From positions 67,674 to 114,818 of the forward strand of contig JBBIIG010000007.1 of the NCBI GenBank assembly GCA_037446635.1: a stretch of DNA of 47,145 nt. The letters run 5' to 3'. Made by a program: the position numbers and the translations under genes. The notes beneath the pieces were generated by a model. That model worked only from the letters and a program-made list of their open reading frames with translations, was not told the origin of the DNA and searched no databases. Source of the stretch: a bacterium (lineage in GTDB: Bacteria; Zhuqueibacterota; Zhuqueibacteria; Oceanimicrobiales; Oceanimicrobiaceae). Below are positions 30,263-38,263 of the stretch, piece after piece (position 1 is the first letter of the stretch; each line of letters starts with the position of its first letter).

Positions 30263-30325
30263 GGGGCTGTCCAAAAAGTCGATTTTTGTTGAATGTTATG
30301 CCCGCATACTTTTGGCGGGCATCCA
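30263..30325 (+). repeat. Composite repeat: GGGGCTGTCCAAAAAGTCGA leader plus REP-like hairpin
   Basis: Leader similar to 19803-19829 (minus); hairpin TGTTATGCCCGC..GCGGGCATCCA similar to 17651-17682. Confidence 0.6.
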
Positions 30326-30338
30326 GGCTCCTGTTAAA

Positions 30339-30372
30339 ACGTGCCACGTGCTTTCAAAAGTGCGTGGCACGT
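30339..30372. repeat. Palindrome (REP-like or terminator)
   Basis: ACGTGCCACG-TGCTTTCAAAAGTG-CGTGGCACGT followed by ATTTCTTTCTT. Confidence 0.6.
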
Positions 30373-30383
30373 ATTTCTTTCTT

Positions 30384-30400
30384 CTGGCACTGTTGTTGCA
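30384..30400 (+). promoter_or_regulatory. sigma54 (-24/-12) promoter upstream of the phytase operon
   Basis: CTGGCAC-TGTTG-TTGCA with exact GG-N10-GC spacing, about 120 bp upstream of ATG30523. Confidence 0.7.
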
Positions 30401-30522
30401 AAAATTAAGTCCACCAATCCAATTCTAATCTCGACGGGAGGTTGCCAATTACCATTTTGGTAGTTTTTACTTGGCAAACAGTTACGAAATGGCAAGTCAC
30501 AACCAAAGGAAAGGAGACCTCG

Positions 30523-31878
30523 ATGCGCACCCTCGTGACTCAAACCGTGTTTTTCCTTGTGGCAATGGCAGGCTTAGCACACGCGCAGATTGTTTTTCCG
30601 GTGGCAAGCACCTCGCAAACACCCGACAGCGCCGACGACCCGGCCATTTGGATTCACCCCACCGACGCCGCCAGAAGCGTTATCATCGGCACCGACAAAA
30701 GTGCCGGCATCTTTGTTTGGGATTTGAACGGCAGCTTGCTGCAGCACTTGCCGCAGGGGACGAGCTGCAACAATGTGGACGTTCGCTACGCCATCCAATT
30801 GGGCGGTGAGCTGGTGGACGTGGTGGCGACCAATCTCCGCAGCGCTGGTAAACTGGCGGTATTTAAAGTTAACCCCAATTACACCAGCGGTGACGTGCTC
30901 ATTCAAATTGCCGATCGCAACAGCGCGAACAACAACATCCAACGCAACAGCTACGGCCTCGCGCTTTATCGCCGCCCCTCCGATGGCGGATTGTATCTGT
31001 TCGAGAAACCCGAGGGCAGCGGCGGCGAAGTGCGCCAATATCTGATTGCCGATGACGGCGCCGGCGGAGTTACGGTGACCGCCGTTCGCGATCTGAACTA
31101 TAACGGCGATCAGGCGGAAGGGTTTGTCGCCGATGACGAGCTGGGTTTCATCTACATAACGGAAGAGGGCCAGGGGATTCATAAATATCTCGCCGATCCG
31201 GATATGAGCAGCGAGCGCATTTTGTTATTTGCCACCGGCGACGGCATCAGCGGCGATCGCGAGGGCCTGGCGCTGTATGCCTGCGACAACGGCGCCGGCT
31301 ATCTGCTGTTGTCGAGCCAGGGAAATTCAACCATCAAAATTTATGAGCGTCAGGGAAACAATCAGTTTCTCAAAACCGTTGAACCCAGAAATCAAAATGG
31401 GGGTGGCGACTTGGGCACTGATGGCTTGGACGTAACCTCGTTTGCCGCGCCGCCGCTTTTTTCACAGGGGTTGGTGGTTGTGCACGACGACCCCGGCCGG
31501 CGATTTCACATTTATGACTGGGCCGATTTTGCGCAAAATGATCTCAACATTTGTGTGAACGGCTTGCCAACCGCGGTTGCAGAGAAGGAAATTCTGCCAA
31601 GCCAATTCCAATTGGAGCAGAACTACCCCAATCCGTTCAATCCCAAAACCACCATCTCGTACTTCCTGCCCAATACGATGGAAGTGACGTTGGCGATTTA
31701 TAACTTGCGCGGCGAATTGGTTCGCACGCTGGCCGCCGGCGCAACGACGGCTGGCCGCCACCAGGTGGTTTGGGACGGCGTCGATGAAAAGGGCGTCAGC
31801 GTCGCCAGCGGAATTTATATCTATCGCTTGCAGGCAGAGGGGTTGGCGGTTAGCCGCAAACTGGTGTTGGCAAAGTGA
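30523..31878 (+). CDS. Secreted beta-propeller phytase with CTD
   Basis: ADDPAIWIHP, IIGTDK, NNVDVRY, YGLALY, AEGFVADD, DREGLALY, SSQGNS, TDGLDVT; ATG after AAGGAG. Confidence 0.92.
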   Translation: MRTLVTQTVFFLVAMAGLAHAQIVFPVASTSQTPDSADDPAIWIHPTDAARSVIIGTDKSAGIFVWDLNGSLLQHLPQGTSCNNVDVRYAIQLGGELVDVVATNLRSAGKLAVFKVNPNYTSGDVLIQIADRNSANNNIQRNSYGLALYRRPSDGGLYLFEKPEGSGGEVRQYLIADDGAGGVTVTAVRDLNYNGDQAEGFVADDELGFIYITEEGQGIHKYLADPDMSSERILLFATGDGISGDREGLALYACDNGAGYLLLSSQGNSTIKIYERQGNNQFLKTVEPRNQNGGGDLGTDGLDVTSFAAPPLFSQGLVVVHDDPGRRFHIYDWADFAQNDLNICVNGLPTAVAEKEILPSQFQLEQNYPNPFNPKTTISYFLPNTMEVTLAIYNLRGELVRTLAAGATTAGRHQVVWDGVDEKGVSVASGIYIYRLQAEGLAVSRKLVLAK

Positions 31879-31912
31879 TCTTCGGAAATCTTTTTTTGAA
31901 TAAATTTGGGAG

Positions 31913-33517
31913 ATGAACATGAAACCAAGAGCATGGATTGCACTCCTCGCTGCGGCGTTGGTTGGCCTCCTCGCCAGCACCGAAGCATTTTCGCAGCGGG
32001 TAGTTCGGGGGCCCTATTTACAGATGGGAACTCCCACCAGCGTGGTTGTCCGCTGGCGCACGGATGTTGCCACCGACAGCCGAGTCAACTACGGCGTAAC
32101 GTTGAATAACCTGAATCTTTCCGTTCAAAGCTCCAATTCTACTACTGAACACGAAATCCGATTAGACGGACTCAGCGCCGATACCAAATATTTTTTTTCG
32201 GTCGGTACCAGCTCGCAGGTTTTGGCCGGCGATAATGCCGATCATTTTTTTGTTACCTCGCCGCTGCCGGGAACACCCAAGCCAACTCGCATCTGGATTT
32301 TAGGCGACGCCGGTACCAAAAATAGCAACCAGCGCGCCGTTCGCGATACCTACTACAATTTCACCGGTTCGCGCCATACGGACCTTTGGCTGATGTTGGG
32401 TGACAACGCCTACGACGACGGCGAAGACTCCGAGTACCAGTTGGCGGTGTTCGAAAACATGTATGAAAACATGCTGACTAAATCGGTCTTGTGGGCAACC
32501 CGCGGTAATCACGACCGCGACGTTAGCACCTATTATAGTATTTTCACGTTTCCAACCAACGGCGAGGCCGGCGGACTGGCTTCGGGTACCGAAGCTTATT
32601 ATTCGTTCGACTACGGCAACATTCATTTCATTTGCCTCGAATCCACCTCCAGTAGTTTGCGTTCAGAAAACAGCCCACAATGGACCTGGCTGGAAGCGGA
32701 TCTGGCAGCGAACGATCAAGACTGGACGATTGCTTTTTGGCACCATCCACCGTACAGCAAAGGCTCGCACAATTCCGATAGCGAAAGCGAACTCATCCAA
32801 ATGCGCGAGCGGGCAGTAACCCGACTGGAGGATGCCGGCGTGGATTTGGTGTTTACCGGCCACAGCCATTCTTACGAGCGCTCCTTTTTGCTGGATGGCC
32901 ATTATGGCAATTCCGGCTCTTTAACCAGCGCCATGATTTTGAACAACGGCAGCGGCCGCGAAGACGGCGACGGCGCCTATAAGAAAGCGACCCTCGGCTC
33001 ATCGCCGCACGAGGGCGCGGTGTATGTGGTGGCTGGCAGTTCCGGCAAAACCAGCAGCGGTTCTTTGAACCATCCGGCGATGTTCTTCTCTCTCAAGAAA
33101 TTGGGATCGGTGGTACTGGATATCAACGGCAACCGCGCCGACGCCAAATTCATTGATGATGCCGGAGAGGTGCGCGACTATTTCACCATCATCAAAGGCG
33201 CCCCCACTGGCGTGGACGAGCCGCCGGAGGTTTTGCCCGTGCAAATTGTTTTGAGCCAAAACTATCCCAATCCGTTTAATCCCAGCACCACCATCACGTA
33301 TAGCTTTTCTAGGGCTGGGGAGGTGACATTGGCCATTTACAATATGCGCGGCGAGTGGGTGCGCAATTTGGCTGAAGGCGCCATGCCGGCGGGCCGCTAC
33401 CAGGCGGTGTGGGACGGCACGGATGCGAATGGCGCACGGGTGGCCAGCGGCGTGTATCTCTGCAAGCTGCAAGTCAACGGAGTAAGCGCCTCGCGCCGGC
33501 TCGTACTGGCAAAATAA
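31913..33517 (+). CDS. Secreted purple acid phosphatase-type metallophosphoesterase with CTD
   Basis: RGPYLQ N-domain; GDAG, GDNAY, GNHD, HHPPY, GHSHSYER motifs; NYPNPFNP. Confidence 0.92.
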   Translation: MNMKPRAWIALLAAALVGLLASTEAFSQRVVRGPYLQMGTPTSVVVRWRTDVATDSRVNYGVTLNNLNLSVQSSNSTTEHEIRLDGLSADTKYFFSVGTSSQVLAGDNADHFFVTSPLPGTPKPTRIWILGDAGTKNSNQRAVRDTYYNFTGSRHTDLWLMLGDNAYDDGEDSEYQLAVFENMYENMLTKSVLWATRGNHDRDVSTYYSIFTFPTNGEAGGLASGTEAYYSFDYGNIHFICLESTSSSLRSENSPQWTWLEADLAANDQDWTIAFWHHPPYSKGSHNSDSESELIQMRERAVTRLEDAGVDLVFTGHSHSYERSFLLDGHYGNSGSLTSAMILNNGSGREDGDGAYKKATLGSSPHEGAVYVVAGSSGKTSSGSLNHPAMFFSLKKLGSVVLDINGNRADAKFIDDAGEVRDYFTIIKGAPTGVDEPPEVLPVQIVLSQNYPNPFNPSTTITYSFSRAGEVTLAIYNMRGEWVRNLAEGAMPAGRYQAVWDGTDANGARVASGVYLCKLQVNGVSASRRLVLAK

Positions 33518-33553
33518 AATCACATTACGCTGCTCAAATCTGATAGGAAAGTA

Positions 33554-34618
33554 ATGCTGAAGAAAATATTCATTTTGATGTCCTGCTGGTTTTGTGTTCT
33601 GCTGTTGTGTACCAACGCCGGTTCGCAATCGCAGGGAATCTGGATCAGCCGCGACGAAATCATGCAATTGCCGACTTCGGGCGCCGCCTGGGAGGCGCTG
33701 CTGCGCGTCGCCAAAAGTGACTTTGGCCGGGCTAAGGGCGGCCACGACGACCCGCATGATGTTTACACCCTGGCGCAAGCCCTGGCCGCGGTTCGTCTTA
33801 ACGATGAAAACCTGCGCGCGAAAGTCGCCGCGAATGTGCTCTCAGCCATCGGCAGCGAGAACAACGGCAACGTGCTTTCGCTGGCGCGCAACCTGATTGG
33901 CTATGTCATCGCTGCGGATGTGATCGATCTTAAAAACTTCGATTCCGACAAAGACGCCCAATTCCGCAAATGGCTCGCCGCCGTCCGCCACAAAAAATTG
34001 GGCGGAGGCACGCTGATTGCGGTTCAAGAGCGGCGCCCGAACAACTTTGGCGCCCACGCCACGGCGGCGCGCGCGGCCATCGCTATGTATTTGGGGGAAA
34101 AAGCCGAACTGGAGCGCACCGCTAAAATTTTCAAAGGCTGGATGGGCGATCGTTCTTCCTACGCCGGCTTTAATTTTGGGAGCCTCGATTGGCAGGCCGA
34201 TCCCGAGCAGCCGGTGGGCATCAATCCCAAAGGCGCAACCAAATACGGGCACAATATCGACGGCGTGCTGCCGGACGATCAACGCCGCGATGGCAGCTTT
34301 CGCTGGCCGCCGCCAAAAGAGAATTACGTTTATGGCGCGCTGCAGGGCGCGTTAGCTGCCGCCAACATTCTTCATCGCGCCGGCTACGATACCTGGAATT
34401 GGCAAGATCAAGCCCTTTTGCGCGCGTATAAGTGGCTTTACGAGCAAGCCAACTTCCCGGCGGTGGGCGACGATCTCTGGCAATTGCCTTTGGTCGATTA
34501 CATTTATGGCACTAATTACTGGGACGGCTCGCCGGTCGGCCACGGCAAAAATATGGGCTGGACCGATTGGACGCACGCCCAACGCGCCAGCGACGGTTCG
34601 ACTGCGAAACCAAAATGA
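33554..34618 (+). CDS. Exported alginate-lyase-like (alpha/alpha toroid) protein, no CTD
   Basis: Signal peptide; YVIAAD, RPNNFGAHA (NN..H-like), DDQRR, NYVY. Confidence 0.55.
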   Translation: MLKKIFILMSCWFCVLLLCTNAGSQSQGIWISRDEIMQLPTSGAAWEALLRVAKSDFGRAKGGHDDPHDVYTLAQALAAVRLNDENLRAKVAANVLSAIGSENNGNVLSLARNLIGYVIAADVIDLKNFDSDKDAQFRKWLAAVRHKKLGGGTLIAVQERRPNNFGAHATAARAAIAMYLGEKAELERTAKIFKGWMGDRSSYAGFNFGSLDWQADPEQPVGINPKGATKYGHNIDGVLPDDQRRDGSFRWPPPKENYVYGALQGALAAANILHRAGYDTWNWQDQALLRAYKWLYEQANFPAVGDDLWQLPLVDYIYGTNYWDGSPVGHGKNMGWTDWTHAQRASDGSTAKPK

Positions 34619-35448
34619 AACGCACGCACGGTTTTTTGATTGGGATCTGCTTTCTCTTTTGTCTAAACAGCGCTTTTGGGCACGGCCCGTTGGATGAGCA
34701 AATTGCCGATGTCACAAAAGAGATTCGCCAAAATCCCAATAATCCCCACCTGTTTCTGAAACGCGGCGAGCTGCATCACTTTCACGAAGATTGGCCGGCG
34801 GCGCTGGCGGATTTTGACACCGCCGCCCGGCTCGATCCGAAACTCTCGCTTGTTGATTTATACCGCAGCAAAACCTTGCTCGCTGCCGGGCGGCCGCAAG
34901 ATGCCAAAGCCGCGCTGGATCGTTTTTTTGTGGATAACCCCAATCACGTCGAAGGGCTCTTGACGCGCGCCCGCACCCTGGTTCGGCTGGGCCAATTTGA
35001 AGCAGCGGCCAGCGATTTTACCAAAGTGATCGAATTCGCTGAAACCCCTGCCCCGGAATTTTTTATCGAGCGCGCCCAGGCGCTGCAATCGGCCGGTGAA
35101 ACGTTTTATCCCGCGGCGCTGTCTGGGCTCGACGAGGGCTTGCGGAAAATCGGACCAGTGGTTACCCTGCTTCTTTTTGCCATCGAATTAGAAGTTAAGC
35201 TGGCGCGCTTTGATGCGGCGCTGGCGCGGCTGGAGCAGATTTCTCAACAGTCGCGGCGCCAGGAAAAATGGCTGATGCGAAAGGGCGAGATTCTCGAACA
35301 AGCCGGCCGGCTGAGCCAAGCCCGCGAGGCGTACAACCAGGCTTTAGAAGCCATTGCAGAGCTGCCGCCAACTCGCCGCAAGAACAAGGCAGTGCTCGAA
35401 ATGGAGAATCGCATTCAAGAAGCGTTGCGAAATTTGAATTTGAAATGA
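34615..35448 (+). CDS. Exported tetratricopeptide-repeat protein
   Basis: Signal peptide; TPR units (LFLKRGELH..AALADF, LLTRARTL..AAASDF, LMRKGEIL..AREAY); ATGA overlap with upstream stop. Confidence 0.85.
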   Translation: MKRTHGFLIGICFLFCLNSAFGHGPLDEQIADVTKEIRQNPNNPHLFLKRGELHHFHEDWPAALADFDTAARLDPKLSLVDLYRSKTLLAAGRPQDAKAALDRFFVDNPNHVEGLLTRARTLVRLGQFEAAASDFTKVIEFAETPAPEFFIERAQALQSAGETFYPAALSGLDEGLRKIGPVVTLLLFAIELEVKLARFDAALARLEQISQQSRRQEKWLMRKGEILEQAGRLSQAREAYNQALEAIAELPPTRRKNKAVLEMENRIQEALRNLNLK

Positions 35449-35467
35449 ATAAGGATGTTCGGAAAAT

Positions 35468-35869
35468 TCAACTGTTGCCGCGGGCGGCAGCGGCGATGCT
35501 TTCAAAAAGATTAATCAGATTTTGAACTTCTGTATCCAGTGCAGATTTGGTGTCTTTGGGCACCTCCCCGTAACCGCGCAAGGGTTCGGATTTGCAGTCC
35601 TCCAGCATTTCCCACAAACGGGACACACGCACTTGAATCGCCCACACCGGATCGCGTCGCCGCGGGTTAGGAATTTTAAAGCGCGAACGGAATTCTTTCA
35701 CCTTTTGACGCGCGCCTGCGATCTTCTGCAAAACGGCTTGACTCCGTTCCGCTGGCAGTTGCGCATTGGCGATGATCTGAGTGAAATCGTTTAAGGTCTG
35801 TTCCACGATTTGCAAAACAGAGGAGAGCGCCCGCCGATGATTATCGTTTAGTTCAATTTGTTTATTCAT
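35468..35869 (-). CDS. Small helical hypothetical protein
   Basis: 133-aa ORF, ATGA-coupled to the upstream gene; LNDNHRR and LRGYG motifs. Confidence 0.7.
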   Translation of the reverse strand: MNKQIELNDNHRRALSSVLQIVEQTLNDFTQIIANAQLPAERSQAVLQKIAGARQKVKEFRSRFKIPNPRRRDPVWAIQVRVSRLWEMLEDCKSEPLRGYGEVPKDTKSALDTEVQNLINLFESIAAAARGNS

Positions 35870-36300
35870 GGTCGGGGATGAGAAGGGTTTTCACTTTCCA
35901 GAAGCCTTTTTAGTAAGCGACTATTGGCCTGTTTGATGATCGCTTGCCACTCCTCCGCCGGAGCGCCCAGCGCACGCGCCGAGCGCAGCAGCGCCGCCAA
36001 AAATTGGATGTCGGGAGTGCGTGTTTGTCCGCGAAGCGGATCGCCTGCCTGCGCAGGCAGGGTATCCGACAATTCCTCGCGGGCGCGCGTCAGCAGCGGC
36101 TCTATCGCCGGGCGATATTGCAGTTCACCGAGAATTTCCGCAGCTAAATGTCGTGTCTCTGGAATCGGATGATGCAAGGCGCCGATCAATCTTTCCGGAT
36201 AACTGCGGTTCGCAGCGGCCGCCAAATCGCATCCGCAAAACGGGCACGTTTTGGCGTCGGCTGAAATGATTTTCCAGCACTCGGGACAAAAATAGGTCAT
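35866..36300 (-). CDS. Zinc-ribbon plus HEAT-repeat protein
   Basis: FCPECW..CPFCG followed by LIGALHHP..TRHLAAEILGEL....AIEPL. Confidence 0.8.
   Translation of the reverse strand: MTYFCPECWKIISADAKTCPFCGCDLAAAANRSYPERLIGALHHPIPETRHLAAEILGELQYRPAIEPLLTRAREELSDTLPAQAGDPLRGQTRTPDIQFLAALLRSARALGAPAEEWQAIIKQANSRLLKRLLESENPSHPRP
36025..36072. repeat. 48-bp composite palindromic element in frame within the HEAT gene
   Basis: TTGTC...GACAA ends enclosing TCCGC-GAA-GCGGA and the perfect palindrome CCTGCCTGCGCAGGCAGG (36044-36061). Confidence 0.75.
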
Positions 36301-36350
36301 TTATCACTACGCCGATAGTTGGTGATTTCTGTATTGAAAGAAGGTGCGGA

Positions 36351-36773
36351 TTAAGCCACCACCAGCACCGTGCATGTCGCGTGGGTGATGATGTTGGCGG
36401 ACGTGCTGCCGGGATGCTTTTTGCGAATGGCCGAATGGCCGTGCCGGCCCACCACCAGCAAATCAAACTGGTGATGTTCCGCGTAGCCGACGATCGTGTC
36501 CACCTCGTGGCCGGGCAGGACTTTGTCCACCAATGTTACGCCGGCTGCGGCGGCCTGGGCGATAGCTTGCTGCTGCATTTCGTGATAGTGCTTTTGCGCT
36601 TCGAGCTGAATTTCTTTCACTTCGCCAACCGTGGCGGCGTATTTTGGCAGTTCTTCAATGACTGAAATAATTTCGAAGTAGGCCTCATACTTTTTGGCGA
36701 GGTCGATAGCCGCCTCCAGCGCCCGCTTTGAGACCGGGGAACCATCATAAGCGATCAGAATTTTTTTAAACAT
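36351..36773 (-). CDS. Universal stress protein (UspA family)
   Basis: MFKKILIAYDGS, DLLVVGRHG, GSTS.NI..HA.CTVLVV. Confidence 0.93.
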   Translation of the reverse strand: MFKKILIAYDGSPVSKRALEAAIDLAKKYEAYFEIISVIEELPKYAATVGEVKEIQLEAQKHYHEMQQQAIAQAAAAGVTLVDKVLPGHEVDTIVGYAEHHQFDLLVVGRHGHSAIRKKHPGSTSANIITHATCTVLVVA

Positions 36774-36784
36774 GGCCTTCTCCA

Positions 36785-37951
36785 TTAATTTTTGTTTCCA
36801 TTCACCATCGTTACCGCTTGGTCAATTTCTTTGGTTTCGATGAATTCCATTTTGGGTTGGAACCAGCGCTGGGCGATCACGGTGGGGATGATCGCACTTA
36901 GCACGACCGTGGCCACCAGCACCGAAAATTGCGCCTGATTGATATACCCCGCCTGCAATCCAAACACCGATGAAATCGTTCCCATCGTCAGGCCAGTGCT
37001 CATCAGCAGGGTGGTGTACATGGCGTCTTTGGGAACGTACTTTTTAGCAAACGGGTAGGTGCCGATGAGTTTGGGAATTTGTTTGACCAGCAGCATCTGC
37101 ACCAGCAAGCCAAAATTCGCGAGCAGAAGTTTGAGCGAGACGTTCATGCCGCCGTTGATGAAGAAAAACGGCGTGATAAAAGCAAACGCCACCACCCGCA
37201 GCCGGCGCTGCAGCAGGCGATTGGCGCTGAACATCTTGCTGAGCACCAGGCCGAAAACAAACGCCGGCAAAATCGCGTGGCTGGCGCCGAGTTTGGCCAA
37301 CGCCATGAAAATAATGAGAATCAAAAACAGAAATTTGATTTCCGGTTCGATCACGCGGTCGCCGTAGCGCTGGAAAATTTTTGGCGCCAGGCGGGGCGCC
37401 GCAGCGATGACCGCTGTTGAAAACACCAGAAAAACCAATGTAAGCCAGGTGAATTCGATAAACAACAAGCTCAACGCAATGGCCGTTCCCATATCAGTGA
37501 CGAAACACGAGGCCATGATGATCTTGCCGATTTTGGTTTCGGTGAGGCCAGTTTCAACCAGCACCGCATAAACGACAGCCAGCGAAGTGGTAGAAAGCGC
37601 GACGCCGGCGACTTTGGCGGCCTCGGGCGTCCAGCCCAAAACATAGTAACAGTAGGCCATCGCTCCAAGAAATGGCGCCAGAAACGAGGCGAGGCCGATG
37701 AGAAAGCTTTCTTTGAATTTCTCTTTCATCACCGCCGTATCCACTTCGGCGCCGGCGAGAAAGGTGAGCAAAATGCCGCCGAAGCCGGCGAAGAACGTGA
37801 TCCACGGCGTCGGCTGCAAACCGAGAAAATTGCCCCCAATGACGCCCAGCGAAATTTCTATGATCGCCACCGAGAGGCCAAATTCTACCGAAACCACGCT
37901 CGCCAGCAGAATGAGTACCCATAAAATAACCGAAAGCAACTGTTCGTTCAT
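36785..37951 (-). CDS. Cation:proton antiporter (Na_H_Exchanger, CPA2-like)
   Basis: About 12 TM segments; LLTFLAGAE, ALSTTSLAVVY, FVTD, TPFFF, MSTGLT.G; GGAG RBS. Confidence 0.9.
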   Translation of the reverse strand: MNEQLLSVILWVLILLASVVSVEFGLSVAIIEISLGVIGGNFLGLQPTPWITFFAGFGGILLTFLAGAEVDTAVMKEKFKESFLIGLASFLAPFLGAMAYCYYVLGWTPEAAKVAGVALSTTSLAVVYAVLVETGLTETKIGKIIMASCFVTDMGTAIALSLLFIEFTWLTLVFLVFSTAVIAAAPRLAPKIFQRYGDRVIEPEIKFLFLILIIFMALAKLGASHAILPAFVFGLVLSKMFSANRLLQRRLRVVAFAFITPFFFINGGMNVSLKLLLANFGLLVQMLLVKQIPKLIGTYPFAKKYVPKDAMYTTLLMSTGLTMGTISSVFGLQAGYINQAQFSVLVATVVLSAIIPTVIAQRWFQPKMEFIETKEIDQAVTMVNGNKN

Positions 37952-37981
37952 GCAGAACTCTCCAGATAAAGTTTAGTCAGA

Positions 37982-38030
37982 GTCGAAGCGGGTCATCAAC
38001 TCCATCCTTTGGGGTTGCGACCTCCCCAAA
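37982..38030 (-). ncRNA. Candidate second cis-regulatory RNA (pseudoknot; possibly a chrB-type orphan motif)
   Basis: TTTGGGG-AGGTCGCAA-CCCCAAA stem-loop whose loop can pair with downstream TGATGACC or TTCGAC. Confidence 0.5.
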
Positions 38031-38032
38031 CT

Positions 38033-38080
38033 AAAAACTCCTACCCTCGAAATAGGAATCCTATTTCAAAAGTAGGAGTT
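38033..38080 (-). terminator. Intrinsic terminator forming the riboswitch expression platform
   Basis: AACTCCTAC-TTTTGAAATAGG-ATT-CCTATTTCGAGG-GTAGGAGTT-TTT; the 5' arm is the 3' pseudoknot strand of the aptamer. Confidence 0.8.
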
Positions 38081-38133
38081 ATCAACCCGTCCGATTAAAA
38101 TCGGAACAGATGTTAAAGGCGAACTCCATCACC
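38072..38133 (-). ncRNA. Fluoride riboswitch (crcB motif)
   Basis: GGTGATGGAGTTCGCCTTTAAC..(stem TCCGATT/AATCGGA)..GTTGATAACTCCTAC: P1 GGTGA/TCGCC, pseudoknot GGAGTT/AACTCC, terminal TAC. Confidence 0.92.
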
Positions 38134-38148
38134 GGTTTTTGGGGCGAA

Positions 38149-38177
38149 AAGATAGTGAATGAAATGGAAAAAAGCAA
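38149..38177 (-). promoter_or_regulatory. sigma70-type promoter of the riboswitch operon
   Basis: TTGCTT-17 bp-TATCTT ending 15 bp upstream of the aptamer. Confidence 0.65.
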
Positions 38178-38263
38178 GCAACATTCTTTTTATTTTTCAT
38201 TTCACCTTGTTTGTCTGTATGTAATACTTGAACTTAGAAATGACCATTGTAACTGGTGACACT

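Noticed and set aside
30440..30522. Pho box upstream of the phytase
   Set aside because: GTTAC and GTCAC are 15 bp apart rather than the 11-bp period expected
32999..33778. 259-aa minus-strand ORF
   Set aside because: Antisense to two well-supported genes
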